Assembly (NCBI GenBank): GCA_043812655.1
Contig: JBDRLW010000005.1
Location: 1-31,389 of the forward strand
Direction of reading: 5' to 3'
From: a bacterium
GTDB lineage: Bacteria; Margulisbacteria; WOR-1; O2-12-FULL-45-9; XYB2-FULL-48-7
Length of the DNA stretch: 31,389 bases
How positions within the stretch are numbered: position 1 is the first letter of the stretch; the number at the start of each line of letters is the position of its first letter. A program made the position numbers and the translations under genes. The notes beneath the pieces are model-generated. The model was not told the DNA's origin, made no database searches, and worked only from the letters and a program-made list of their open reading frames with translations. Below are positions 1 to 8,792 of this stretch, in pieces.

Positions 1-1944
1 CCCGATCAAGCCAACATTATCTTCCGCCTCCACGCTAACTCGGCAGGTGGTCTTATTTATCACTGGGACACTCCAACTATATGTGCCGGTATTGGCAAGA
101 CTGGCCGCGATCTGTGTCCAGGTCGCCCCGCTATCTTGCGAATAGCGTAAAGTAATCGGACCGCTCATAAGCCCACCAACATCCGTCGCTTCCCAAGTTA
201 TCGTGTAAGTTCCTCCACCTGTTAAGATCTCTCCACCATTTGGCGCTTCGACTGTAACAGTTGGCGCTGCCGTATCTAACGTGATAGTCGCTTCATAGGT
301 TGTAATATTTACCGCTTCGTCTGAAACACCATAATAAACTCTTTTTAGTTCATTGGTCGCGGTCATAAAAGTATAGGTCGTTGGGTTAACATACGCTGTC
401 CAGGCCGCTCCGGCAAAACTAGCCTCTTCGGAAATCCGCATTTGTGATGGAGTCCCGCTGGTTATCGTCGCCTCAACAGTCACTGTTTGGCTATTAGTTA
501 TTGTTTCACTCCCCGTCGTCCGGTCTTTTAACTTAATTGAACCTGTTGGCGGAGTGGTTACGATCACATAAGCCCTATTGAAACCTAGTGACCCGGCCGC
601 TCCCGGCGCGGCTAACGTTCTGGTTAAATTATTCCCGGCTGCATCTTTCATCGTCCCGCCATTTAAAACCAGCGAATCGGTTGCCACATAATCCAAATCA
701 CTGCTCGCATCTCCCGCTTCGACTGTGTATAAAAATGTTAGGGTGCTGCTGCCTGATCCTCCGCTATACAACGCTTGTCGATCTGTTGTCCCTGTTTCCA
801 TTGTAATGCTCGGTTGGCCAGTCACCGTAACATTTTCACTGCACTCCACCGTCACTGTGATCGTCTGCCCTATCCCATACGTCCCGTTCACCGGACTACT
901 CGCCCCAACACTTAAGACCGTTGGCGCGATCGCATCTACTGTTAAGGTCCTTGTCAGGCTATATGGGCCCCATCTCCCTACCTTGTTACGAGTCCTTACT
1001 TTCCAGGTATATGTTCCACTGGTCAGCGTTGGGGTTATTGTCGCCGTTGTCGCCTCTTGCGTGTATAATGTGGCTCCGATCGTAACCTCATAACTCCCAT
1101 TCCCTGAAATAGTCGTCGCCCCTGATGTCCACGAAAAAGTTGGTGTTGTCTCCGACGTTGTAGTATTATCCGCTGGTGCTGTCAAAGTTGGCGCTTCGGG
1201 GGTGCCGCCATCTATTGTAAACTTGCCGGTTTTAATATACGCATAATTACCTGCATTATCATGAGCTTCTAAACTAACTAGGCATTCCGTTGAACTTACA
1301 TTCGGAACACTCCAAGTTCCGCTTGGATTAGATTGATCCGCGCTGCAAGTGAGCCAAGTGGTTCCCTCATTCGTTGAATAATATTTTGGATAACTCCCGC
1401 TCGCCACCCCAGACAGCGTATCAGACCAGCTAACACCTATGGAATACCCACTCCCACCTTCAATACATTCCCCAGTTATCGGCTTTAAAGTCCCGCCTGA
1501 TTGATACGGCGCAACAGTGTCTAAACCGATTTCAGCATAAGCTGAACTAACTTCAGGCGTAAGCTTGCCATAATAATAAGCATGTTTTGTCCCGTTGGTT
1601 GCATTGGAAAAGGTAAAAGTCCCTGTATTGCTAACAATGGGAATATAATTAGCAAGAACCGCTCCTTCTTCTGTAACTTGATATTGGGTAAAAGGGCCAT
1701 CAAGCACGACTTCCCAAGAAACCGTTGTCGACTTTGTCCAGGTAGTGCTCCCACTGACTCGATCCCTCAAGGTAAAACTGGTAATGGCAAGGGTGGTAGT
1801 GGTTGTTGTTGACCCATCAGTACCAAAAGCTGTTTCCAGGTTAGAATCAAGGCCGGCAAAGCCTAAAATATGGACAAGAATTGAGCTGAAAAATATGACA
1901 AAGAAAAATATTAGGGGGATTAATCTCTCTCTTTTTATCGACAT
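1..1944 (-). CDS. Large secreted/surface protein with tandem Ig-like beta-sandwich repeats (5' part; runs off the left edge)
   Basis: ATG at 1944 gives MSIKRERLIPLIFFFVIFFSSILVHILGFAG (signal/TM), then Thr/Ser/Gly-rich domains such as DTAAPTVTVEAPNGGEILTGGGTYTITWEATD...YSQDSGATW and SENVTVTGQPSITMETGTTDRQALYSGGSGSSTLTFLYTVEAGD...GGTMKDAAGN. Absent from the ORF track, presumably because no stop lies in the window. Confidence 0.85.
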   Translation of the reverse strand, partial: MSIKRERLIPLIFFFVIFFSSILVHILGFAGLDSNLETAFGTDGSTTTTTTLAITSFTLRDRVSGSTTWTKSTTVSWEVVLDGPFTQYQVTEEGAVLANYIPIVSNTGTFTFSNATNGTKHAYYYGKLTPEVSSAYAEIGLDTVAPYQSGGTLKPITGECIEGGSGYSIGVSWSDTLSGVASGSYPKYYSTNEGTTWLTCSADQSNPSGTWSVPNVSSTECLVSLEAHDNAGNYAYIKTGKFTIDGGTPEAPTLTAPADNTTTSETTPTFSWTSGATTISGNGSYEVTIGATLYTQEATTATITPTLTSGTYTWKVRTRNKVGRWGPYSLTRTLTVDAIAPTVLSVGASSPVNGTYGIGQTITVTVECSENVTVTGQPSITMETGTTDRQALYSGGSGSSTLTFLYTVEAGDASSDLDYVATDSLVLNGGTMKDAAGNNLTRTLAAPGAAGSLGFNRAYVIVTTPPTGSIKLKDRTTGSETITNSQTVTVEATITSGTPSQMRISEEASFAGAAWTAYVNPTTYTFMTATNELKRVYYGVSDEAVNITTYEATITLDTAAPTVTVEAPNGGEILTGGGTYTITWEATDVGGLMSGPITLRYSQDSGATWTQIAASLANTGTYSWSVPVINKTTCRVSVEAEDNVGLIG

Positions 1945-1950
1945 GAGTTG

Positions 1951-1979
1951 ATTGTAACAACACACGTTAAGGTTGTCAA
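1951..1979 (-). promoter_or_regulatory. sigma70-type promoter, probably leaderless transcript of the surface protein
   Basis: Minus strand TTGACA-17 nt-TACAAT with extended -10 TG, 6 nt before ATG 1944, no SD. Confidence 0.7.
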
Positions 1980-2009
1980 TCGGCATTTTATGGATTATAT
2001 TTAGGGGAA

Positions 2010-2585
2010 ATGACGAATGACAAATTACAAATGACGAATGGTGGTAAAAATAATTTTATTAGAGCAGTAAATGCGCTGAAAAGCGGCGGGGTTATTGCCT
2101 TTCCGACCGAGACGGTTTATGGGATCGGGGCCGCGCTTAGCAGATCAGCGGCTATAAGAAAGATTTTCAAGCTAAAGAAACGGCCAAAAAGCAAACCATT
2201 ACAAGTTTTAATTTCTAGTTTAAAACAAGCCAAAGAGTTAGGCCTGTTTAATGATCGAGCACTATCGCTGGCAAAAAAATCGTGGCCGGGACCGCTAACT
2301 CTTGTCGTTTATAAGACCAAAAAAATCCCAGATCTTGTAACCGGTGGATCAAATAAAGTTGGATTAAGGATACCGGCGCATCAAACAATTTTAAGGCTGA
2401 TCAGAAAGTGCGGCCCGATCGTCGCGACTTCGGCTAATTCCGCCGGCGAAAAACCAGCTTTAACCGCGGAGGAGGTCAAAGAAAATCTCCCCAAACTCGA
2501 TCACATTTTACCAGGTCGGGTTAAACTCGGCAAAGCCAGTAAAGTAATTGATGCCACTGATAATTTTAGGGTTCTTCGTTCCTAG
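2010..2585 (+). CDS. tsaC: Threonylcarbamoyl-AMP synthase (YrdC/Sua5 domain only)
   Basis: FPTETVYGIG, KKRPKSKPL, WPGPLT, GLRIP and TSAN motifs. The N-terminus is a heptamer-repeat extension. Confidence 0.93.
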   Translation: MTNDKLQMTNGGKNNFIRAVNALKSGGVIAFPTETVYGIGAALSRSAAIRKIFKLKKRPKSKPLQVLISSLKQAKELGLFNDRALSLAKKSWPGPLTLVVYKTKKIPDLVTGGSNKVGLRIPAHQTILRLIRKCGPIVATSANSAGEKPALTAEEVKENLPKLDHILPGRVKLGKASKVIDATDNFRVLRS

Positions 2586-2593
2586 TCTCTTTC

Positions 2594-2673
2594 GCCCTCA
2601 CCCAGTCTAGCTTAACATTCCCCCCTCTCCCTCTGGGAGAGGGTGCAGATCTTTAGAGTCAGCGGGTGAGGGC
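2594..2673. repeat. Nested palindromic REP-like element (CCCTCTCCC-N3-GGGAGAGGG family), copy 1, between convergent genes
   Basis: GCCCTCACCC (2594-2603) pairs with GGGTGAGGGC (2664-2673), enclosing CCCTCTCCC-tct-GGGAGAGGG (2623-2643). Related copy at 14394-14430. Confidence 0.75.
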
Positions 2674-2684
2674 TCCGGACTCCC

Positions 2685-3908
2685 CTAAAAATTCATGGAA
2701 ATTTCCGCGTATTGCGTCGACTCAACCCGCCCCGTTGTTGAATTGTACGATTTCTTATAGTGGGTGATCAGGCTAGTGAACGGATTAACTTTATAAGCGA
2801 CGTCCGCTCCCAAAATAGCCCCTTGTTCATAACTAAGCGACCGGAAGTTAACAAAGTTCGGCTGTTTATAATAACCCCGAACATTTATCTGTTCGCTAAG
2901 TTTAGCGCTTAGGTCGGCTGTTAAGGTCGAATTATTATTTTGATATGTTTCATAAGCGGCCGATAAAGTTGCTAAACCAAAAGCATTAACCCCCATCTGG
3001 ACCAGGAACCCATTTTTAGCTTCACTGCTGGCTTCAACAGACGCCAGGTCGATCGGATTATTTTCGTAATCAACACCAAAATAGCCAGGGACAAAACCTT
3101 TATCAAGGACCCTGTATTCAGCGGAAAAACTGGTGATGGCAACGAATATATCATAAGCCCAAGAAAGTCCGGCTGATAAACCACTGCCGTGGTTCAACAA
3201 CTGGCCAGCTTCGGCGTAACCTTCAATGTTCGCCCAAAGTGGAATACTAGCATCAACGCCGATCGCGGTTACCGCGGGAAAACTTCTGACCGTCCCATCA
3301 GTTTGCGTAATTTTTCGGCCAATTTGATCAACAACATAATATTGGCCTAATTTTAAATTTGAATCCATCCGTTCTTCCACCCTAATATAATAAATACCAG
3401 ATTTAGTCGTCATCCCCTTGAAAATACATTTATCAAAATCGTAATAACCTTTAAGTCCCAACATCTCGTTGGTTAACATCGTTTGGCTGCCTATCTTGGT
3501 GGTGTAATTTTTCATGATCAAGCCATGGCCAAGAGTTACCCCGTCTAAAATGCCATAACGCAGCCCTTTTTTCATGTCATCATATTCAACATAACGTAAA
3601 ACCAGGTTTTCATAGTTCGGTGTTTTATTGGAACCAAGAGAAAGATTAACGTCGGCTCCCATAGCCCATGGCCCAAATTTTAAGTCCGGCCGCCAGATCA
3701 GCGTCGTTACGTCTTGCGTCCCAACCTTGTTATAACCGATCGCGATCGCGCCAATGTTCGATTGAAATTGCGTCGGGCCGTTCGTTGAAGACGTGATCGT
3801 GGTCGAAACTGGGAAAGGAACATCTGCTGCCAAAGCACCAAATCCCAAACACCAAACCCCAAACAATCCCAAAAACACAAACCTAAAACGTCTAAACATT
3901 TCGGACAT
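2685..3908 (-). CDS. Hypothetical outer-membrane beta-barrel protein
   Basis: 407 aa, signal-like N-terminus, alternating aromatic beta-strand pattern, C-terminal Phe. Start uncertain (see findings). Confidence 0.65.
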   Translation of the reverse strand: MSEMFRRFRFVFLGLFGVWCLGFGALAADVPFPVSTTITSSTNGPTQFQSNIGAIAIGYNKVGTQDVTTLIWRPDLKFGPWAMGADVNLSLGSNKTPNYENLVLRYVEYDDMKKGLRYGILDGVTLGHGLIMKNYTTKIGSQTMLTNEMLGLKGYYDFDKCIFKGMTTKSGIYYIRVEERMDSNLKLGQYYVVDQIGRKITQTDGTVRSFPAVTAIGVDASIPLWANIEGYAEAGQLLNHGSGLSAGLSWAYDIFVAITSFSAEYRVLDKGFVPGYFGVDYENNPIDLASVEASSEAKNGFLVQMGVNAFGLATLSAAYETYQNNNSTLTADLSAKLSEQINVRGYYKQPNFVNFRSLSYEQGAILGADVAYKVNPFTSLITHYKKSYNSTTGRVESTQYAEISMNF

Positions 3909-3964
3909 ATGATTTGATGTTTTGGTATTGTTTGTAATTTGTTATTTGTCATTTTATTTCCCTC

Positions 3965-5566
3965 CTAATGTTTAAAGTGCCGGCGCCCGGTAAGGACCAT
4001 CGCCATGCCAGCTTCGTTGGCTTTGTCGATCGATAATTGATCATTTTTTGACCCGCCCGGCTGGACGATCGCGGTCGCGCCGAATTTCGCGGCGACTTCC
4101 ACCACGTCGGGAAACGGGAAAAACGCGTCAGAAGCCATGACCGAGCCTTTTATTTTTTCGGCTCCCGCTTTTTTAATGGCTATTTCGGCCGAGTCGATCC
4201 GCGACATCTGCCCCGCCCCAACCCCAACGGTCCTCCCATCTTTCACGAACACGATCGCGTTCGATTTCACCGCTTTGGCCACGCCCCAAGCAAAAAAGAG
4301 ATCTTCGAGCTCCGCCATCGTCGGTTCTCTCTTGGAAACAACCGCTATCTCATTGATCCCCAGCTGGGCGATGTCCGGTTCTTGCACCAGCATTCCGCCG
4401 CTAACCCGTTTATAATCAAGGCCTTTAAATGGTTTGTTGATCGCCTTTTCGCCCATCTCCATGATCCGGATATTTTGTTTGGCCTTTAAAATATTTAAGG
4501 CTTGCGGCGTATAAGACGGCGCGATGATCACTTCGACGAATAATTTGGCGACTTCGGTCGCCGTCAATTCATCGACCCGGCGGTTAGCGGCCACGATCCC
4601 GCCAAAAGCCGAAACCGGATCACACTCCAGCGCCCGAAGATAAGCTTCAACTAAGGTATTACCTTTCGCCAGGCCGCATGGGTTAGTATGCTTGATGATG
4701 GCAACGACCGGATCGGCAAAATAATTCGCCGCGTTCCACGCCGCTTCCATATCAACGATATTATTGAAGGATAATTCTTTTCCATGCAATTGTTTAGCTT
4801 CAGTTAATCGCCCTTCGCTATTCGCCTCCTTTTCCCTGTAAAACGCTGCCTTTTGGTGCGGATTTTCGCCGTAGCGCAGATCTTGGATCTTTTCAAGCAA
4901 GACCTCTATCTCGTGCGGGAGTTTTTCTGCTTGCGCTCCTTGGCGGGAGGATAAATATTTGACGATCAGCGCGTCATATTGCGCCGTATGTTGGTAAGCT
5001 TTTAGCGCCAGGTTTTCCCTAGTAGCCAAAGAGATCGCCTGGTTTCCTTTCAATTCTTCAATAATATTCTTATAATCCGTTGGGTCGACCACGATCGCCA
5101 CATTTTTATGGTTCTTGGCAGAAGCCCGCACCATTGCCGGGCCGCCAATATCAATATTCTCAATTGCTTCAGCATGAGTGAAATTCTTCCGCGACGTCAC
5201 TTCTTCGAACGGATATAAATTACAGACCACAATATCAAACGGATTGATCTTGAACTTTTTAATTTCTTTTAAATGGTCTTTGTTAGTCCGATCAGCTAGG
5301 ATCCCGCCATGAATTAAAGGATGGAGGGTTTTAACCCTGCCCCCCAGCATGTGCGGATATTTGGTGATCTTTTTAACTTCGGTAACTTTCAGCCCGCTCT
5401 TCCGCAGGAATTTCGCCGTCCCCCCGGAGGAAATAATTTCAAAACCTAGCTTCTTTAATTCTTTCGCAAACGGCGCCAAGCCCGTCTTATCATAAACGGA
5501 GATCAATGCGTATTTCTTCTGGCTACTGGACCCTGGGCCCTTGACCCTTTTCTTTTTCTTCTTCAT
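3965..5566 (-). CDS. purH: Bifunctional AICAR transformylase/IMP cyclohydrolase
   Basis: ALISVYDKTG, GRVKTLHP, IDIGGP, LRYGENPHQ, SDAFFPF, GRRHFKH. Confidence 0.98.
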   Translation of the reverse strand: MKKKKKRVKGPGSSSQKKYALISVYDKTGLAPFAKELKKLGFEIISSGGTAKFLRKSGLKVTEVKKITKYPHMLGGRVKTLHPLIHGGILADRTNKDHLKEIKKFKINPFDIVVCNLYPFEEVTSRKNFTHAEAIENIDIGGPAMVRASAKNHKNVAIVVDPTDYKNIIEELKGNQAISLATRENLALKAYQHTAQYDALIVKYLSSRQGAQAEKLPHEIEVLLEKIQDLRYGENPHQKAAFYREKEANSEGRLTEAKQLHGKELSFNNIVDMEAAWNAANYFADPVVAIIKHTNPCGLAKGNTLVEAYLRALECDPVSAFGGIVAANRRVDELTATEVAKLFVEVIIAPSYTPQALNILKAKQNIRIMEMGEKAINKPFKGLDYKRVSGGMLVQEPDIAQLGINEIAVVSKREPTMAELEDLFFAWGVAKAVKSNAIVFVKDGRTVGVGAGQMSRIDSAEIAIKKAGAEKIKGSVMASDAFFPFPDVVEVAAKFGATAIVQPGGSKNDQLSIDKANEAGMAMVLTGRRHFKH

Positions 5567-6162
5567 TTCAGCTTTACCCTTCTCCCTTCTATTTTTAATT
5601 TATCCCTAACGATCAGATCGATCGCTTGCGGGTAGATCAGATGTTCTTGTTCAAGAATTCTGGCTGATAAGGTTTCTTCTGTGTCATTTTCTTTAACTGG
5701 CACGGCAGATTGGACAATGATCGGCCCGGTATCGCACCCTTCATCGACAAAGTGGACGGTCGCCCCGGTAATTAAGACGCCATGGTCAAGCGCCTGTTTT
5801 TGGGCGTGGAGGCCGGGGAACGACGGTAAAAGAGCCGGATGGATATTCATTATCTTATGGGGATAATGTTCAAGCAACACTTGCCCAACTATCCGCATAT
5901 ATCCGGCGAGGCAAACTAAATCGACCTTATATTGTTTAAGAAGCTTAACGATCTCCAGCTCATAAGTATGTTTATCAGGAAAAAGCCGGTTGTCTACAAT
6001 ATGGAAAGGGATATTATGTTTTTTGGCTCTTTCTAAGCCGCCGGCTTCCGGTACGTTAGAAATTACAACCGCAACTTTAGCGTGAAGTTTTCCCGCCTCC
6101 ACCGCGTCAATGATCGCCTGGAGGTTCGTTCCTCGCCCAGAAATCAATACTCCTAAATTCAT
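5563..6162 (-). CDS. purN: Phosphoribosylglycinamide formyltransferase
   Basis: ISGRGTNLQA, LAGYMR, NIHPALLP, HFVDEGCDTGPII. Confidence 0.98.
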   Translation of the reverse strand: MNLGVLISGRGTNLQAIIDAVEAGKLHAKVAVVISNVPEAGGLERAKKHNIPFHIVDNRLFPDKHTYELEIVKLLKQYKVDLVCLAGYMRIVGQVLLEHYPHKIMNIHPALLPSFPGLHAQKQALDHGVLITGATVHFVDEGCDTGPIIVQSAVPVKENDTEETLSARILEQEHLIYPQAIDLIVRDKLKIEGRRVKLK

Positions 6163-6191
6163 CTCTTCTTCTCCTAACTCCCGACTCCGAA

Positions 6192-7175
6192 CTAAATAAT
6201 TATAACCTGCCTATTCCCTTTTTGGATCTCGCCGATCAGGAAAGCTTTTTCTTTTGCTTTTACCAGATATTGCAATAATTTATTAGCTTCATTTTTATCA
6301 ACGATCAAGATCATCCCGATCCCCATGTTAAAGGTCTTGTACATTTCTTCGTGTTCGACCTGTCCAACTTTTTTTATCAAGCGGAAGATCTCCGGGATAG
6401 TCCACGAATTAAGTTCGATCACGGCTTGCTTCTTCTGTGGGATAATGCGGCCCAAATTTTCTGGGATACCGCCGCCGGTAATATGGGCGATCCCCCGGAT
6501 CTTGAATTTTTTGATCAATTTGAGGATCAGTGGTGCGTAGATCTTGGTCGGGGTTAACATTTCGTCCCCGATCGTCCCCTTAAAATCATCGAGCTTATCT
6601 TTGATCTGCATTCGGCCTTCGTCAAAGATCACCCTTCTGGCCAGGGAATAACCGTTGCTGTGCAAGCCGGAAGAGGCAAGGCCAATGATCGCGTCCCCTT
6701 CTCTAATTCTGGAACCATTAATAACCTTATCTTTCTCGACCACGCCGACCGCGAACCCGGCCAGGTCATATTCGCCTTTCATATACATGTCCGGAAGTTC
6801 CGCCGTTTCGCCGCCAGTCAGCTGGGTCCCCGAAAATTCGCACCCTTGGACGATCCCTTTAATGATCTTCTCGATCTGTTTTGGTTCAACCTTTTGGCAG
6901 GCGATATAATCCAAAAAGAAAAGCGGTTTGGCCCCCATCGCCACGACATCATCAACGTTCATCGCCACGAGGTCAAGCCCGATCGTATGATGCTTGTTCA
7001 TCATAAAAGCGATCTTTAATTTACTTCCCACCCCGTCGGTCGCGCCGACTAAATAATGTTTGCCGAACGGGAATAAGCCGCCAAAAAGGCCGACCCCCTT
7101 GGCCAGGCTTTTTATCCGGCGGACAACTTCATAACCCGCCTCAATATCGACCCCAGCTTGTTTATACGTGATCAT
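6192..7175 (-). CDS. purM: AIR synthetase
   Basis: TYKQAGVDI, TDGVGSK, GGETAE, SSGLHSNG, AHITGGG, TFNMGIG. Confidence 0.98.
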   Translation of the reverse strand: MITYKQAGVDIEAGYEVVRRIKSLAKGVGLFGGLFPFGKHYLVGATDGVGSKLKIAFMMNKHHTIGLDLVAMNVDDVVAMGAKPLFFLDYIACQKVEPKQIEKIIKGIVQGCEFSGTQLTGGETAELPDMYMKGEYDLAGFAVGVVEKDKVINGSRIREGDAIIGLASSGLHSNGYSLARRVIFDEGRMQIKDKLDDFKGTIGDEMLTPTKIYAPLILKLIKKFKIRGIAHITGGGIPENLGRIIPQKKQAVIELNSWTIPEIFRLIKKVGQVEHEEMYKTFNMGIGMILIVDKNEANKLLQYLVKAKEKAFLIGEIQKGNRQVIII

Positions 7176-7192
7176 TTTCCACCCCTTTTATT

Positions 7193-7387
7193 TTATCGCG
7201 CTGCTTCAGCTGTTGCTGTCCCGTAGTAGACATCGCCGCCGCGCAAGACGATAAAGAACCGGCAATCCTTATTGGTGCAAGCCCACGATTTATATTTGAT
7301 CGGGACCGCGTTATTGCTGAAATCTGAAAGCGGCACTAATACTCCCTTACCGCATTTTTCGCATTTTGGCAAACATTCACAACCCAT
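7193..7387 (-). CDS. Small zinc-ribbon protein of unknown function
   Basis: 64 aa with CEKC...CTNKDC, its own SD (GGAGG), fills the purF-purM gap. Confidence 0.7.
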   Translation of the reverse strand: MGCECLPKCEKCGKGVLVPLSDFSNNAVPIKYKSWACTNKDCRFFIVLRGGDVYYGTATAEAAR

Positions 7388-7400
7388 TTCCCGTCACCTC

Positions 7401-8789
7401 CTAATTAAAAAATAAATTTAAACTTTGTACTCTTTCCGGGATCTTAACTGGATATTCGCCGTTCAAGCAAGCCAAACATAAACCTTTATTCGGCAAGCTG
7501 ATAGAGCGAACCAAGTCTTTCAAACTTAAATAACCGAGTGAATCGGCCTCCAAATATTTTCTGATCCCTTCGACCGACAAATTTGCCGCGATCAGTTCCG
7601 CCCGGGTCGGCGTGTTGATCCCATAAAAGCAAGAATTAATATTAGGCGGCGATGAGACCCTGACATGAACTTCTCTTGCCCCGGCTTCCCTGACCAATTT
7701 AACGATCTGGCGCGACGTCGTGCCGCGGACGATCGAATCGTCAACGATCACTACTTTTTGGCCGCGAACGGCGTCACGGATCGGGTTTAATTTTATTTTA
7801 ACGCCCAGGTCCCTGATCTCCTGCGTCGGCTGGATAAAAGTCCGGCCGATATAACGGTTTTTGATCAACCCTTCGCCATAAGGGATCTTCGATTCCGCCG
7901 CGTAACCGATCGCCGCCGGTACACCCGATTCGGGGACCGGGATGATCACGTCGGCATCGACCGGATGTTCTTTGGCCAGACATTTCCCCATCTGAAACCG
8001 GGTTTCATAGACGTTCCGTCCGTTCAAGACGCTATCGGGCCGGGCAAAATAAATGTATTCAAAAGCGCACAGGGCTTCTTGCTCTTCAAAGCCCCACGTC
8101 CGGGAACTGATCCCTTCATTATCAATAATAACAATTTCACCGTTCCCCACATCTCTAACAAATTGGGCCCCTAAAATATCCAGGCCGCAAGTTTCAGATG
8201 AAAGGACATAACCCCGACCCAATTTACCAAGACAAAGAGGGCGAATACCGTTGGGATCCCTGGCCGCGATTATTTTGTCTTTGGTCATAGCTAGAAGTGA
8301 ATACGCTCCCCTGGCTTGTTTGAGGGTGTCGATCAAGGCATCTTCCAATTTCTCTTTCTTGGAGGCGGCGACCATGGCCGCTAAAACTTCGGAATCGGTC
8401 GTCCCCAAAAAACTAATCCCTTTATCTTTAAGTTCCTGGCGCAATTCTCCCGCGTTCACCAAATTGCCGTTATGCGCGACCGCCAGCGGACCGTAGCGGG
8501 TGTGGATCACGATCGGCTGGGCATTTTCTAAGATCGAAGAACCTGTCGTCGAATAACGGACGTGTCCGATCGCGATCGTCCCTTTAAGTGATCTTAATAT
8601 CTCTTCACTAAAAACCTGGTTGACCAGCCCCATCCCTTTGTGGCAGTTGATATCATTACCATCGGAGACAGCGATCCCGGCAGATTCCTGCCCCCGGTGC
8701 TGAAGGGCGTAAAGGCCATAGTAGACCGACTTGGCCGGCGAATCGGCCGTGAAATTAAAAACCCCAAAAATGCCGCAATATTCTTTCAT
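7401..8789 (-). CDS. purF: Amidophosphoribosyltransferase (canonical, Fe-S type, short propeptide)
   Basis: MKEY-CGIFG, LQHRGQES, GHVRYST, HNGNL, DDSIVRGTT, Cys ligands CAFEY/CFYG/CLAC. Confidence 0.97.
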   Translation of the reverse strand: MKEYCGIFGVFNFTADSPAKSVYYGLYALQHRGQESAGIAVSDGNDINCHKGMGLVNQVFSEEILRSLKGTIAIGHVRYSTTGSSILENAQPIVIHTRYGPLAVAHNGNLVNAGELRQELKDKGISFLGTTDSEVLAAMVAASKKEKLEDALIDTLKQARGAYSLLAMTKDKIIAARDPNGIRPLCLGKLGRGYVLSSETCGLDILGAQFVRDVGNGEIVIIDNEGISSRTWGFEEQEALCAFEYIYFARPDSVLNGRNVYETRFQMGKCLAKEHPVDADVIIPVPESGVPAAIGYAAESKIPYGEGLIKNRYIGRTFIQPTQEIRDLGVKIKLNPIRDAVRGQKVVIVDDSIVRGTTSRQIVKLVREAGAREVHVRVSSPPNINSCFYGINTPTRAELIAANLSVEGIRKYLEADSLGYLSLKDLVRSISLPNKGLCLACLNGEYPVKIPERVQSLNLFFN

Positions 8790-8792
8790 TAT

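Noticed and set aside
588..1951. Short + and - strand ORFs in the track here and overlapping other housekeeping genes
   Set aside because: Antisense or off-frame shadows of longer recognisable genes, with no motifs or RBS.
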